Positions 24,711-34,776 of a stretch of 38,514 nucleotides of DNA are shown piece after piece. The notes below the pieces were generated by a model. That model was given only the letters and a program-made list of their open reading frames with translations, was not told the DNA's origin and ran no database searches. The stretch covers positions 1 through 38,514 of IMG/VR virus record IMGVR_UViG_3300037834_000037, one strand, 5' to 3'. The translations under genes and the position numbers were made by a program. Source of the DNA: a virus (lineage: Duplodnaviria; Caudoviricetes). How positions within the stretch are numbered: the first letter of the stretch is position 1; every line of letters starts with the position of its first letter.

Positions 24711-25198
24711 TGCGCGAAGGCGTGACGATCGACGGCCTGGTCCGCGCCCAGTCAACGCTGGCCGACCTGCTGGCCAAGACCGAGGACCTGTCCCCGCTGA
24801 TGGAGCGGATCGGGGCCTATGGCGAGGAATCGACCATCCACCGCTTCGAGACGGAGACGGGTCCGGACGGCCAGCGGTGGACGCCGTCCCTGCGCGCCAA
24901 GATGACCGGCGGCCAGACGCTGACCGATAAGGCCCGCCTGCGCCAGTCGATCACCTGGCGCGCCGACCGCGACAGCGCGGAATGGGGCACCAACGTCATC
25001 TATGCCCGCACGCACCAGGAGGGCGCGACCATCCGCGCCAAGGGCAGCGGTCGGCTGGGCTTCACCATCCCGGGCCTGGGCTTCCGCGCCCCGCACGAGG
25101 TGGTCATTCCCGCGCGGCCCTTCCTGGGCCTCGACCGCGACGACCAAGACGAGATCGACGCCATCATCCAGGACTATATCGCCGAGGCCATCCCATGA
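24710..25198 (+). CDS. Virion morphogenesis protein (Mu gpG / P2 gpS-like)
   Basis: RFETETGPDGQRW, L.D..RLRQSI, GTNVIYARTHQEG, IPARPFLGL. Confidence 0.92.
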   Translation: MREGVTIDGLVRAQSTLADLLAKTEDLSPLMERIGAYGEESTIHRFETETGPDGQRWTPSLRAKMTGGQTLTDKARLRQSITWRADRDSAEWGTNVIYARTHQEGATIRAKGSGRLGFTIPGLGFRAPHEVVIPARPFLGLDRDDQDEIDAIIQDYIAEAIP

Positions 25199-25830
25199 TG
25201 ACCTCGATCGAGCTGGCTGCGCTGGAGCGGCTGCGCCTGGCCGGCACGTCCGGCGCGCTGGGCTACGTGTTCCGCACGCTGGAGTCCTATCCCGAGCAGT
25301 TCGACAAATATCTGGTCGAGAAGATGCGCGGCCGCTGCTTCCCCGCGGCCTGGATCGTGTTCGGCGGCTGGCGTCCGCCGATCGAGGTCGGCGGTGTCAT
25401 TCGCGTGCCGGCGACCTTCATGGTCGTGGTCGCCGCCGAGAACCTGAGAAACGAAACCGCCCAGCGCCACGGCGCGGGCGAAGACGAGGTCGGCAGCTAT
25501 CAGCTGGCTCTGGACGCGGCCGGGCTGTTGCACGGCCAATCGCTGGGTCTGGAAATCGACGCCCTGCAGCTGGGGCCGTGCCGCTCGGTGCGCCCGCCCC
25601 AGGCGATCGAGGAGCGCAAGGTGTCGCTCTACGCGCTGGAGTTCACGACCGCCTTCGACGTCGCCGGCGTCACCTTCGGCCAGCGGCCGATCGGCGACTT
25701 CTCCACCTTCAGCGTCGACTGGGACGTGCCGCCCTTCGGAGGCGTGGACGGCGACGCCGGGACGCCGGGCGTGCAGCTGCCGGCGGCCGAGGCGGCCGAC
25801 GCCTCCGACGTCGTGGAGATGCCCCAGTGA
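25195..25830 (+). CDS. Mu gp37 (DUF1834) tail terminator-like protein
   Basis: PAAWIVFGG, V.AENLR.E...RHG...VGSYQL; position before the sheath. Confidence 0.85.
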   Translation: MMTSIELAALERLRLAGTSGALGYVFRTLESYPEQFDKYLVEKMRGRCFPAAWIVFGGWRPPIEVGGVIRVPATFMVVVAAENLRNETAQRHGAGEDEVGSYQLALDAAGLLHGQSLGLEIDALQLGPCRSVRPPQAIEERKVSLYALEFTTAFDVAGVTFGQRPIGDFSTFSVDWDVPPFGGVDGDAGTPGVQLPAAEAADASDVVEMPQ

Positions 25831-26108
25831 ACCGCATGATCCGGATCGAGCCCGCCCCCGGCCGTCAGGTGCGGGATCTGGCCGGCCAGCCGGTGACCGG
25901 CCCGATCGAGGTCGACGGCCGGACCGCCTATTGGCGGCGTCGTCTGAACGCGGGCGACATGGTCGTCAGCCCGGAACCCGTCGCCGCCTCCAAGCCGCCG
26001 CGGGCAAGGCCCGCGCCCCGTCCGAAGGCGACCAGGCCGGCCGCCCGTCCCAAGCCCCCGTCCGAAGTCCCCGCCGCGGGGCCCGCTCCGAGGATTCCTG
26101 AAGCATGA
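25827..26108 (+). CDS. DUF2635 / Mu gp38-like protein
   Basis: PAPGRQVRD...YWRRRLNAGDMV. Confidence 0.85.
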   Translation: MNRMIRIEPAPGRQVRDLAGQPVTGPIEVDGRTAYWRRRLNAGDMVVSPEPVAASKPPRARPAPRPKATRPAARPKPPSEVPAAGPAPRIPEA

Positions 26109-27568
26109 CACTGTCTTTCGATTCCATCCCGGTCGACATCCGCACGCCCGGTCAGTTCGTCGAGATCGACTCCAGCCGCGCGCAACAGACTCTCGGCGCC
26201 AAGCCACAGCGCGTCCTGGTCATCGGCCAGCGCCTGGCGACCGGGACCGTCCCGGCCCTGACCGCGGTGCGCACGACCTCGCCGGACCTGGCGGTGCAGC
26301 AGCACGGTCGTGGCTCGATGCTGGCGGCCATGTGCGCTGCCTTCCTCCTGAACCATCCGACCGCTGAGGTCTGGTCCATGCCTGTGGCCGACGACGCCGC
26401 CGGCGTGGCGGCCACCAAGACCGTGACGATCACCGGTCCGGCGACGTCGGCCGGAACCGCGACCCTGTACGTCGCCGGCCAGCGCGTTCGCGCGGTCGTC
26501 TCCTCGGGCGACACGGCGACGGCGGTGGCCACCGCCCTGGTGGCGGCGGTCAACGCCCTGCCGGACCTGCCGGTGACGGCGGCCTCGGTCGCGGGGGTCG
26601 TGACCCTGACGGCGCGCCACAAGGGCGAGGCCGGCGTGGGCATCGACGTGCGCATGAACTATCGCGGCGAGACGATGCCCGCGGGTCTGGCCTTCGCGGT
26701 GGCGGCGGGCGTGGCCGGGACCGGCAATCCGGACGTGGCGGACGTGCTGACGGCGATCGGCGACGAATGGTTCGACGTGTTCGTCTGTCCCTGGACCGAC
26801 GACGCCAACCTGGACGCGCTGGACGCGGCGCTGGCGGATCGCTGGTCGGCCCTGCAGATGATCGAGGGCGTGGCCTTCGCCTATGCGGACGGAAGCCAAG
26901 GCGCCCTGGCCGCCATCGGGGACGGCCGCAACGGGCCCCACCTGTCGATTGGCGGCATGAAGGGCTCTCCGACCCCGAGCTGGGTCATCGCGTCGGCCTA
27001 TGCCGCCCAGGTGTCGGCTTCGGCCGCGATCGATCCGGCGCGGCCGTTCCAGACACTGGCGCTGAAGGGCGTCCTGGCCCCGGCCGTCGCCGACCGCTTC
27101 ACCCGCGAAGAGCGCGACCTGCTGCTGCGCGACGGGATTTCGACCTTCACGATCGACGCCGGCGGCCAGGTGCTGATCGAACGGCCGATCTCGACCTATC
27201 GGACCAATCCGTTCGGCCTGCCCGATACGGCCTATCTGGACCTCAACACCCATTTCACCGTCGCCTATCTGCGCTGGTCGGTGCGGTCGCGCATCGCGTC
27301 GAAGTACGGCCGGCACAAGCTGGCCGACGACGGCGCGGTTTTCGGCCCGGGCCAGGCGATCGTGACGCCGAAGGTGATCAAGGGCGAGCTGGTGGCCCTG
27401 TTCCTGGACTGGGCGGCGGTGGGACTGGTCGAGGACGTCGAGGCGTTCAAGGCCGCCCTGATCGTCGAGCGCGACGCGACCGATCCGAACCGGATGAACG
27501 TCCTGATCCCGCCGGACCTGGTCAACCAGTTCCGCGTCTTCGCCGCCGCCATCCAGTTCCGCCTCTGA
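26105..27568 (+). CDS. Tail sheath protein (Mu gpL)
   Basis: IP.DIRTPGQFVEID.S.A, GRGSML, DPARPFQTL, LLRDGIST, PDLVNQFRVFA. Confidence 0.96.
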   Translation: MTLSFDSIPVDIRTPGQFVEIDSSRAQQTLGAKPQRVLVIGQRLATGTVPALTAVRTTSPDLAVQQHGRGSMLAAMCAAFLLNHPTAEVWSMPVADDAAGVAATKTVTITGPATSAGTATLYVAGQRVRAVVSSGDTATAVATALVAAVNALPDLPVTAASVAGVVTLTARHKGEAGVGIDVRMNYRGETMPAGLAFAVAAGVAGTGNPDVADVLTAIGDEWFDVFVCPWTDDANLDALDAALADRWSALQMIEGVAFAYADGSQGALAAIGDGRNGPHLSIGGMKGSPTPSWVIASAYAAQVSASAAIDPARPFQTLALKGVLAPAVADRFTREERDLLLRDGISTFTIDAGGQVLIERPISTYRTNPFGLPDTAYLDLNTHFTVAYLRWSVRSRIASKYGRHKLADDGAVFGPGQAIVTPKVIKGELVALFLDWAAVGLVEDVEAFKAALIVERDATDPNRMNVLIPPDLVNQFRVFAAAIQFRL

Positions 27569-27614
27569 CCCCCGCTGAAGGCCCCCTGAGGGGCCGCTGA
27601 AGGAGCATTTCGAC

Positions 27615-27974
27615 ATGAAGGTGATGGGCAAGGCCCTGATCAAGACGAACGGCAGGGTGCTGGACACCCTGCCGGGCGCCACCCTGGACATCGGCGGGGT
27701 GACCCGCGAGACGGTGACGGGCGACAACCGGGTGATCGGCCAGAAGTCGATGCCCCGGCCGTCCAAGATCGAGTTCGAGATCGCGGTGACGGGGCAGACC
27801 AGCCTGGCCGAGATCGCGCGTTGGGAGGACGTCGTGGTCACCGTCGAGGCCGACACCGGCCAGACCTGGGTGGTGCCCAGCGCCTGGACGACCGAGCCGC
27901 CCACGACGACCACGAGCGACGGCAAGGCCAAGGTCGTGATGGAAGGCATGCCGGCCGAGGAGATGACGTCGTGA
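27615..27974 (+). CDS. Tail tube protein (Mu gpM)
   Basis: Follows sheath; G.A.IK.NG...GG..RE.V.G; AAGGAG RBS. Confidence 0.88.
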   Translation: MKVMGKALIKTNGRVLDTLPGATLDIGGVTRETVTGDNRVIGQKSMPRPSKIEFEIAVTGQTSLAEIARWEDVVVTVEADTGQTWVVPSAWTTEPPTTTTSDGKAKVVMEGMPAEEMTS

Positions 27975-28294
27975 GCGACAGGATCGTCGAGAGCCGCACC
28001 CTGGTCGAACCTGTCGAGGTGATGATGAAGCCGGCCGGCGGCGGCGACGCCCGGACGGAAACCATCACCGAGCTGAAGGTCCACGCCTTCAAGGCCAAGG
28101 ACCTGAAGGCGCTGGACGGGCTGTCGGAGACGGACCAGGGCTCGCTGACGCTGAAGTTCGGCGCGCGCATCACTCGCCAGCCGATGCAGGTGATCGAGGA
28201 GCTGGGCGCCGAAGACACGGTCTGGCTCGGGGGCTGGGTGCAGCGTTTTTTGCAGCCGTTCCTGCCGACTGGCGAGACCGGCTCGGGGACCTGA
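27971..28294 (+). CDS. Tail assembly chaperone (gp41 / P2 gpE-like)
   Basis: ITELKV...KAKDL...IEEL..ED; between tube and tape measure. Confidence 0.85.
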   Translation: MSDRIVESRTLVEPVEVMMKPAGGGDARTETITELKVHAFKAKDLKALDGLSETDQGSLTLKFGARITRQPMQVIEELGAEDTVWLGGWVQRFLQPFLPTGETGSGT

Positions 28295-28398
28295 TGGCCT
28301 GCGGCATCCAGCCGTCGGAGATCTGGGCGATGGACGCCTGGGACCTCGACTTCTGGATCGGCCAGGCGGTGCGCATCCATGGGGCAGCTGAACCTTAG
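28246..28398 (+). other. -1 programmed frameshift site TTTTTTG and extended chaperone (E+E'-like) reading frame
   Basis: CGT TTT TTG; the -1 frame reads FAAVPADWRDRLGDLMACGIQPSEIWAMDAWDLDFWIGQAVRIHGAAEP*, resembling GpE'. Confidence 0.8.
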
Positions 28399-29893
28399 AG
28401 TCCTGATCAACGTGGTGGCCAACACCGGGCCGCTGCGCGCCGTGCGCGGTGGACTGGCGGGCCTGGCCAAGCCCGGGCAGGCGGCCGGCATGGTGATCCG
28501 GTCCCTGGGCCGCGACCTGCGGAACCTGGGCCTGATGGGCGCAGCGGCCCTAAGCGCTGTCGGGCTGGGTGCCTGGAACCTGACGCGGCGGGTCCTGGAG
28601 CAGGGCGAGGCGGCCGTGCTGGCCTCCGAGAAGACCGGCGTTTCGATCCGCAGCGTCCAGAGGCTGGGGGTCGCCTTCGAGATGGCGGGCGTCGGCGCTG
28701 CGGAACTGGAGCAGGGGCTGAAGTTCCTGAACGTTTCCATCGACGCGGCCGGCCGGGGTTCGAAACAGGACGAGCGTGCTTTCGCGGCCCTGGGCGTGTC
28801 GATCCGCGATGCGGCGGGCGACATCAAGCCGACGGAGCAGGTGCTGATCGAGGTCGCCGACAAGCTGAAGGAAATGGACAACGGTGCCGAGAAGACGGCG
28901 ATCGCCATGGCCCTGTTCGGTCGATCGGGGGTCGACATGATCCCCGGCCTCAACCAGGGCGGCGCCGCGATCAAGAAGCTGGGCGATGAGGCCGAGGCCG
29001 CCGGGGCGGTGATGAGCGAGCAGGCCGCGCGCGACGCGGAGGCTTTGGGCGACGAGATCGACATGCTGAAGAAGCAGGTCGGTGGGCTGGGCACCAGCTT
29101 GGGCGTCGCCCTTCTGCCGATGCTGAATCAGGGCGTGCTCGCAACGCGGCAGTGGATCGCCGAGAACCGGCCCGCCGTCATCGCCAAGGTGACGGAGGTG
29201 GTGAACGCCCTGTCGACCAGCCTGCCGCCCCTGTTCGCGGCTTTTCTGTCGATCGTGATGGTGCTGGGCGACCTGGCCAAGATTCTGGGGCCGATCATCC
29301 GCGCGGTGGGGGGATTCGGCACCGTGCTCGACGGCTTGGCGGCCATCTTGATCGGCCGCCTGGCGATCGCCGTGTGGGCGGCGGTCAAGGCGGTCTGGGC
29401 CCTGAACGGCGCCATGTACGCCAACCCGATCGGGCTTGTGATCGCGGGGATCGCCGCCCTGGTGTTCGCGGGGTGGCTGTTGATCCGGAACTGGGGACGG
29501 ATCAGCCGCGCCTGGATCGGCTTCTGGGGTCGCATGAACGAGGCGACCGCCAAGGTCGCGTCGGCCATTCGGGGCGCCTTCAAGGCGATGGTCGACGGCA
29601 TCTGGGCGCTGTTTCCGCCGTGGCTGAAGACCCTGTTCCGGGTGGGCCGATACGTCGTCCGCGTGGTGGGCAGCGGGCTGGGCGGCCAAGGCCCGGGCGC
29701 TGGAGGCCCCGGGGGCGTCCCGCCGAACCTGCGGCCGCGGCCCCGGCCGCCGGGCCCGGGCGCATCGTTCAATGCCGGCGGCCGGCTGGACATTGACGTG
29801 CGACTGCCGAACGCGCCGCGCGTCGCGGCCGCCCCGGCCGATCCGGGCATGAACTATGCGGTCTCGATCGTCCGCGGGACGGCTGGACGATGA
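28379..29893 (+). CDS. Tape measure protein
   Basis: Ala/Gly-rich helical protein; ALFGRSG..MIP.LNQG, ANPIGLVIAGIAAL. Confidence 0.9.
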   Translation: MGQLNLRVLINVVANTGPLRAVRGGLAGLAKPGQAAGMVIRSLGRDLRNLGLMGAAALSAVGLGAWNLTRRVLEQGEAAVLASEKTGVSIRSVQRLGVAFEMAGVGAAELEQGLKFLNVSIDAAGRGSKQDERAFAALGVSIRDAAGDIKPTEQVLIEVADKLKEMDNGAEKTAIAMALFGRSGVDMIPGLNQGGAAIKKLGDEAEAAGAVMSEQAARDAEALGDEIDMLKKQVGGLGTSLGVALLPMLNQGVLATRQWIAENRPAVIAKVTEVVNALSTSLPPLFAAFLSIVMVLGDLAKILGPIIRAVGGFGTVLDGLAAILIGRLAIAVWAAVKAVWALNGAMYANPIGLVIAGIAALVFAGWLLIRNWGRISRAWIGFWGRMNEATAKVASAIRGAFKAMVDGIWALFPPWLKTLFRVGRYVVRVVGSGLGGQGPGAGGPGGVPPNLRPRPRPPGPGASFNAGGRLDIDVRLPNAPRVAAAPADPGMNYAVSIVRGTAGR

Positions 29894-31092
29894 GCTGGAC
29901 CGAGCGTCTGAGGCCGGGCCGCTTCCGCAACGCCGTCTTCCACGTCGAGGTGGCGGAGGAGGCCGGCGGTCGCCGCGACGCCCTTCACGAGTTCCCCCAG
30001 CGCGACGAGAGCCTGGTCGAGGATCTGGGCCTGGGCCCGCAGGACTTCACCCTGGACGTCTTCGTTTTGGGCGAGGACTACATGACCGCGCGGGACGCCC
30101 TGATCGCCGCCTGCAGTGTGGGCGGCCCCGGCGAGCTGGTGCATCCGTATCGCGGCGCCCTGACGGTCTGGTGCCGCGGCTATCGCGTCCGGGAAAGCTC
30201 GGACGACGGCGGGCTGGCCACCTTTTCGATCGGCTTCACGCGCGCCCCGCAGGCGACGCCGGCGGACGGGTCCGCCTCGCCTGGGGCCGAGGCCGAGGCG
30301 GCGGCGGTAGCGGCGCAGCAGGCGGCCCTGGACGGCCTGACCCGGGACTTCACGACCGCCGGCCTGCCGGGGCATCTGGCCGAGGCCTCGGCCGACCGCC
30401 TGACCATCCTGGCCGACCGGCTGGAGCCGGCGCTGGCGCGGCTGGGCGGGTTGCGCGATCGCGCGGCGGCGGCAGCCCTGCAGGTGGCCGAGCTGAGGGG
30501 CCGGGCGCTGGACCTGGTCCGGAGCGTGCCGGACATGGGCCGCGCCGTATCGGGCCTGATCGTCCAGGTGCGGCTGCTGGCGTCGACCCCGCGCACGGCC
30601 TTTCGCGAGCTTCTGGCGCTGATCGGCCTGAACACCGGCGCCCGGACGCCCGGCGACACACCGGTGCGCCTGGCCGAGGGGCGCAACGCGGATTCCCTGG
30701 AACGGCTGGTCACCCTGGCGGCGGCGGCCGAGGCGTCGCGGGCCGTCCGGCAGATCGACTTCGCCAGCTATGAGGACGCGGCCGGGGCGCGGACGGAACT
30801 GGCCGAGGCGCTGGACGCCCAGGCCGTCCGCCTGGCCGACGCCGGCGACGACGAAGGGCACGCGGTGCTGACTGCCCTGCGGCTGGCCACGGTCCGGGCG
30901 CTGGTGGCGCGCGGGGCGACCTTGGCCCGGGTCTTCGTGCACGTGCCGGCGGCGACCGAGCCGGTGCTGGTGATCGCCCAGCGGCTGTACGGGGACGCGA
31001 CCCGGGCAGAGGAGATCGTGCGACGCAACGACCTGCGCCGGCCCGACTTCGTCATGGGCGGCGAGCCGCTGGAGGTGCTGACCGATGCCTGA
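29890..31092 (+). CDS. DNA circularization protein (Mu gpN)
   Basis: W.ERLRP..FR...FHV...GGRR...HEFPQRD...VEDLG, GELVHPY.G, LYGDATRAEEI. Confidence 0.93.
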   Translation: MSWTERLRPGRFRNAVFHVEVAEEAGGRRDALHEFPQRDESLVEDLGLGPQDFTLDVFVLGEDYMTARDALIAACSVGGPGELVHPYRGALTVWCRGYRVRESSDDGGLATFSIGFTRAPQATPADGSASPGAEAEAAAVAAQQAALDGLTRDFTTAGLPGHLAEASADRLTILADRLEPALARLGGLRDRAAAAALQVAELRGRALDLVRSVPDMGRAVSGLIVQVRLLASTPRTAFRELLALIGLNTGARTPGDTPVRLAEGRNADSLERLVTLAAAAEASRAVRQIDFASYEDAAGARTELAEALDAQAVRLADAGDDEGHAVLTALRLATVRALVARGATLARVFVHVPAATEPVLVIAQRLYGDATRAEEIVRRNDLRRPDFVMGGEPLEVLTDA

Positions 31093-32122
31093 GGTCGTCA
31101 CCCTGGAAGTCGACGGCCGCGCATTCGAGGGCTGGACCTCGGTGACGGTCGACAAGGGCCTGCAGAACCCGGCCGGGGCCTTTGCCCTGACCTATGCGGC
31201 GCGGAGCGAGGACGGCGCGCCGCCGGCCGGGATCAAGGTCGGCGCGGCCTGTCGCATCCTGATCGGCGGCGAGCCGGTGATCGGCGGCTTCGTCGACGCG
31301 ACCGACCCGGCCTTCGACGCCCACACGCGGCGACTGGCCGTGGCCGGCCGGGACAAGGCCGCCGACCTGGTGGACTGTTCCGCGCTGAACAGCCCGGGCT
31401 CATGGCGCGGCCGGACCCTGGGGCAGATCGCGACGGACCTGCTGGTGCCGTTCGGCCTGGACCTATCGATCGAGGGCGACGCCGGCGAGCCGTTCAAGTC
31501 CTTCGCCCTGCAGCAGGGCGAAAGCGCATGGGATGCGCTGGAGCGACTGACGCGCTTCCGCGGCCTGATGTTGACCTCCGACGGGGAGGGCGGAATTCGG
31601 CTGATCCGGCCGGGCGCGCGCCGGGCGAGTTTCACCCTGAGGCAGGGTGAGACGCTGCTGGCCCTTTCCGGCGGCCAGAACCACGTCGACCGGTTCGCGC
31701 GCTATCTGGTCAAGGGGCAGGCGGCCGGCGACGACGAGGTCAACGGCCCCGCAGCCGCGACGCCCCAGGCCGAAGCGGGCGACCCCGGCGCCCGGCCGGG
31801 CCGAACGCTGATGATCGTGGCCGAGGAACAGGCAACCCTGGCGTCGCTGCGCACTCGGGCGGCGTGGGAGGCCAATGTCCGCGCTGCCCGGTCGGAGACG
31901 TGGACCGTGACCGTCCAGGGCTGGCGGGACCCGTCCGGCGCGCTCTGGTCTGCGGACCTGATCGTGCCGATCGAGGCGCCCTGGGCGGGTCTGAACGGCG
32001 ACCAGCTGATCGTGGACGTCGGCTTCCGGCTGGATCCGGACGGCGGGTCGACGACCCAGCTGACGTGCCAGCCGCCCGCCGCCTGGACGCCCGAACCGCC
32101 GCCCGCGGAGGCGACGTCGTGA
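31085..32122 (+). CDS. Baseplate hub protein (Mu gpP/gp44)
   Basis: FEGWTSV.V, GRDKAADLVDCS, QGESAW, VQGWR...G.LW. Confidence 0.93.
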   Translation: MPEVVTLEVDGRAFEGWTSVTVDKGLQNPAGAFALTYAARSEDGAPPAGIKVGAACRILIGGEPVIGGFVDATDPAFDAHTRRLAVAGRDKAADLVDCSALNSPGSWRGRTLGQIATDLLVPFGLDLSIEGDAGEPFKSFALQQGESAWDALERLTRFRGLMLTSDGEGGIRLIRPGARRASFTLRQGETLLALSGGQNHVDRFARYLVKGQAAGDDEVNGPAAATPQAEAGDPGARPGRTLMIVAEEQATLASLRTRAAWEANVRAARSETWTVTVQGWRDPSGALWSADLIVPIEAPWAGLNGDQLIVDVGFRLDPDGGSTTQLTCQPPAAWTPEPPPAEATS

Positions 32123-32661
32123 CGCCGGCGATCTGGAGACGCCTGGCCGGCCCGTTGACGGCGCGGGTCCAGATGATGGCGGCGCGCGCGATCGTGCGCC
32201 TGGTCGACGACGCCGGCGGCTGGCAGAGCGTGCAGATCGATGTCCTGGGCGGCGAGACCCACGACGGCGTGGAGCGGGTCCAGGACTATGGGTTCACCAG
32301 CCATCCGCGGCCCGGCGCGGAAGGGGTGCTGTTGTGCCCCGGCGGTCTGCGCTCACATGGCCTGGTCATCGCGGTCGGAGACCGGCGCTTTCGCCTGAAA
32401 GACCTGGTCGAGGGCGAGGTGGCGGTGCACGACGACCAAGGTCAGGTGGTGAAGCTGGCGCGTGCCGGCATCGAGATCACCACGCCGCTGAAGGTCGCCG
32501 TCAACGCGCCCGAAGTGATCGTGACGGCGGAGACCAAGGTCGTCGTGGAGTGCCCCGAGGTCCACCTGGGCGCCGAGGGCGGAAAGAAGGTCGCGCGGCA
32601 CGACGATCCGGTCGTCGCCGGCAAGGTGGTGGCCAGCACGACCAAGGTGTTCGCGGCATGA
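32119..32661 (+). CDS. Baseplate spike (Mu gp45)
   Basis: VERVQDYGFTSHP..GAE, GG.RSHG.VIAV.DRRFRL..L..GEVA..DDQG. Confidence 0.92.
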   Translation: MTPAIWRRLAGPLTARVQMMAARAIVRLVDDAGGWQSVQIDVLGGETHDGVERVQDYGFTSHPRPGAEGVLLCPGGLRSHGLVIAVGDRRFRLKDLVEGEVAVHDDQGQVVKLARAGIEITTPLKVAVNAPEVIVTAETKVVVECPEVHLGAEGGKKVARHDDPVVAGKVVASTTKVFAA

Positions 32662-33110
32662 GCGACCTGGCCCTGACCTGGGACGAGGCGCTGGCCCGTG
32701 CGGACGTGACGCTGGCGGGCGGCGACCTGTTGCTGGACGGCGGTCTGAGGACGGCGGTGATCATCAGCCTTTTCACCGATCGTCGGGCCGAGACCGACGA
32801 CGTCCTGCCCGAGGCCGGGGCCGACCGCCGCGGCTGGTGGGGCGACGTCCAGGCCCGCGACGGGCGCGGACGGATCGGGTCCCGCCTGTGGCTGCTGAAG
32901 CGCGAGAAGCGGACGCCGGAAACGGTGGCCAGGGCCCGGGAGTATGCCGAGGAGGCGCTGGCCTGGCTGATCGAGGACCGTGTGGCCCGGCGCGTCGAGG
33001 TGACGACGGAGATCACCCCGGAAGGCTGGCTCGCCTGGAGCATCGTGATCGAGCGCCCCGAAGGCCCCGACCGCGATCGGTTCGACTTCGTCTGGAAAGG
33101 ACTTTCGTGA
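32658..33110 (+). CDS. Baseplate protein Mu gp46
   Basis: LRTAVIISLFTDRRA, RRGWWGD, IGSRLWLL.REK, AREYAEEALAWL. Confidence 0.94.
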   Translation: MSDLALTWDEALARADVTLAGGDLLLDGGLRTAVIISLFTDRRAETDDVLPEAGADRRGWWGDVQARDGRGRIGSRLWLLKREKRTPETVARAREYAEEALAWLIEDRVARRVEVTTEITPEGWLAWSIVIERPEGPDRDRFDFVWKGLS

Positions 33111-34165
33111 GCTTCCCCCGTCCCAGCCTGACCACCCTGATCGCCCGCGGCCGCGCCGACATCGAGGCACGCCTGCCCGGCGCGGACAGCGGCCTGAAGC
33201 ATTCGGTGCTGGGCGTGCTGGCCACCGTCCACGCCGGGGCGATGCACGGGGTTTACGGCTATCTGGACTGGCAGGCGCGGCAGCTGCTGCCCGACACCGC
33301 CGAGAGCGAGATGCTGGAGCGCCACGCCTCGATCTGGGGGGTGACGCGCAAGCCCGCGACCCTGGCCACGGGCCCGGCGCTGGCGACCGGCGTCAACGGC
33401 AGCGTGATCCCGGCCGGGACACGGCTGCAGCGCGCGGGCGGACTGGAATACGTGGTCCAGGCCGAGGCGGTGGTGAGCGGCGGCACGGCGATCCTGCAGC
33501 TGGCGGCCACGTCGGCCGGGGGATCCTCGGCCGCGTCGGCCGGGACGAAACTGACGCTGGTTTCGCCGATCGCCGGGGTCCAGGCCGAGACCACGGTGAC
33601 GGCGCCGGGGCTGGGCGGCGCCGCCGATCCCGAATCGGACGACGCCCTGAGGGCGCGGTTGCTGGCCCGGCTGCGCCAGGCCCCGGAGGGCGGCGCGCGG
33701 CACGACTATGTCGCCTGGACGCTGGCTGTGCCCGAAGTGACTCGGTGCTGGATCTTCCCCGGCTGGGCCGGTGCCGGGACGGTGGGCGTGGCCTTCATGA
33801 TGGACGGTCGGGAAGACCCCGTGCCGCAGCCCGCCGACTTGGCGACCGTGGAGGCCGCCCTGGTCCCGGTGGCACCGGTGACGGCCGACCTGGTCGTCTT
33901 CGCCCCGGCGGTCGAGACGGTGGATTTCGAGATCACCGGCCTGACGCCCGACGCGCCCGGGGTGCGCGACGCCGTGGAGGCCGAACTGCGCGACCTGCTG
34001 TTCCGGACTTCGCAGCCGGGCGGAACCGTGCTGATCAGCCAGATCCGCGAGGCCATCAGCCTGGCGGCCGGGGAGAGCGACCACGTCCTGGTCAGCCCCG
34101 TTGCCAACGTCGTGACCGACGCCGGTGCCCTGGCGGTGCTGGGCACGATCGACTGGGGCGATTGA
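33107..34165 (+). CDS. Baseplate J-like protein (Mu gp47)
   Basis: F.RPSL..LI, QLLPDTAE...LERHA, GGAD.ESD..LRARL, GG..HDY..W. Confidence 0.94.
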   Translation: MSFPRPSLTTLIARGRADIEARLPGADSGLKHSVLGVLATVHAGAMHGVYGYLDWQARQLLPDTAESEMLERHASIWGVTRKPATLATGPALATGVNGSVIPAGTRLQRAGGLEYVVQAEAVVSGGTAILQLAATSAGGSSAASAGTKLTLVSPIAGVQAETTVTAPGLGGAADPESDDALRARLLARLRQAPEGGARHDYVAWTLAVPEVTRCWIFPGWAGAGTVGVAFMMDGREDPVPQPADLATVEAALVPVAPVTADLVVFAPAVETVDFEITGLTPDAPGVRDAVEAELRDLLFRTSQPGGTVLISQIREAISLAAGESDHVLVSPVANVVTDAGALAVLGTIDWGD

Positions 34166-34767
34166 TGGCCAGCCGGGAGGACTATCGCGCCCAACTGGTC
34201 GCGCTGCTGCCCCAGGGCGCGGCGTGGCCGAGGGAGGCTGAAGGGACGCTGGACGGCCTGCTGGACGCACTGGCGGCCGAGTTCGAACGCCTGGACGGCC
34301 GGGCCGAGGTGCTGGCGGCCGAGGTCGATCCCCGGGCGGCCGGCGAAATGCTGTCCGACTGGGAGCGGGCCTATGGCCTGCCGGATGGATGCGTGACCGC
34401 GGAGCCGACGCCGGCCGGTCGCCGGCTGGCTCTTCATCAGCGGGTAGCGGCCCTGGGCGGGCAGTCCAAGCCCTATTTCGTCGGGCTGGCGGCCCTGCTG
34501 GGCTATGAGACGGGGATCGAGACCTTCCGACCGTCGCGGGTCGCGTTCGCCCTGCCGCGGCCCCTGGCGGGCCTGCCCTGGGCCTTCGCCTGGCGCGTGG
34601 ACGTCTGGGGTCCGGCCGAGATGGGCGACGAGACCCCCGTCTACGCCTCGGCCGACCTTGAATGCGTGATTTCGCGCATCCGCCCCGCCCACACCGTGGT
34701 CAGCTTCGAGTGGTCGCCGGACCCCGAGCCGACCCTGCATTTCGACTTCCTGAACCCTCCGGACTGA
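34165..34767 (+). CDS. Baseplate wedge protein Mu gp48 (YmfQ/DUF2313)
   Basis: LLPQGAAW, EMLSDWER.YGLPD.C, GGQS..YF, LECVI.RIRPAHT. Confidence 0.93.
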   Translation: MASREDYRAQLVALLPQGAAWPREAEGTLDGLLDALAAEFERLDGRAEVLAAEVDPRAAGEMLSDWERAYGLPDGCVTAEPTPAGRRLALHQRVAALGGQSKPYFVGLAALLGYETGIETFRPSRVAFALPRPLAGLPWAFAWRVDVWGPAEMGDETPVYASADLECVISRIRPAHTVVSFEWSPDPEPTLHFDFLNPPD

Positions 34768-34776
34768 GGCCCGACC

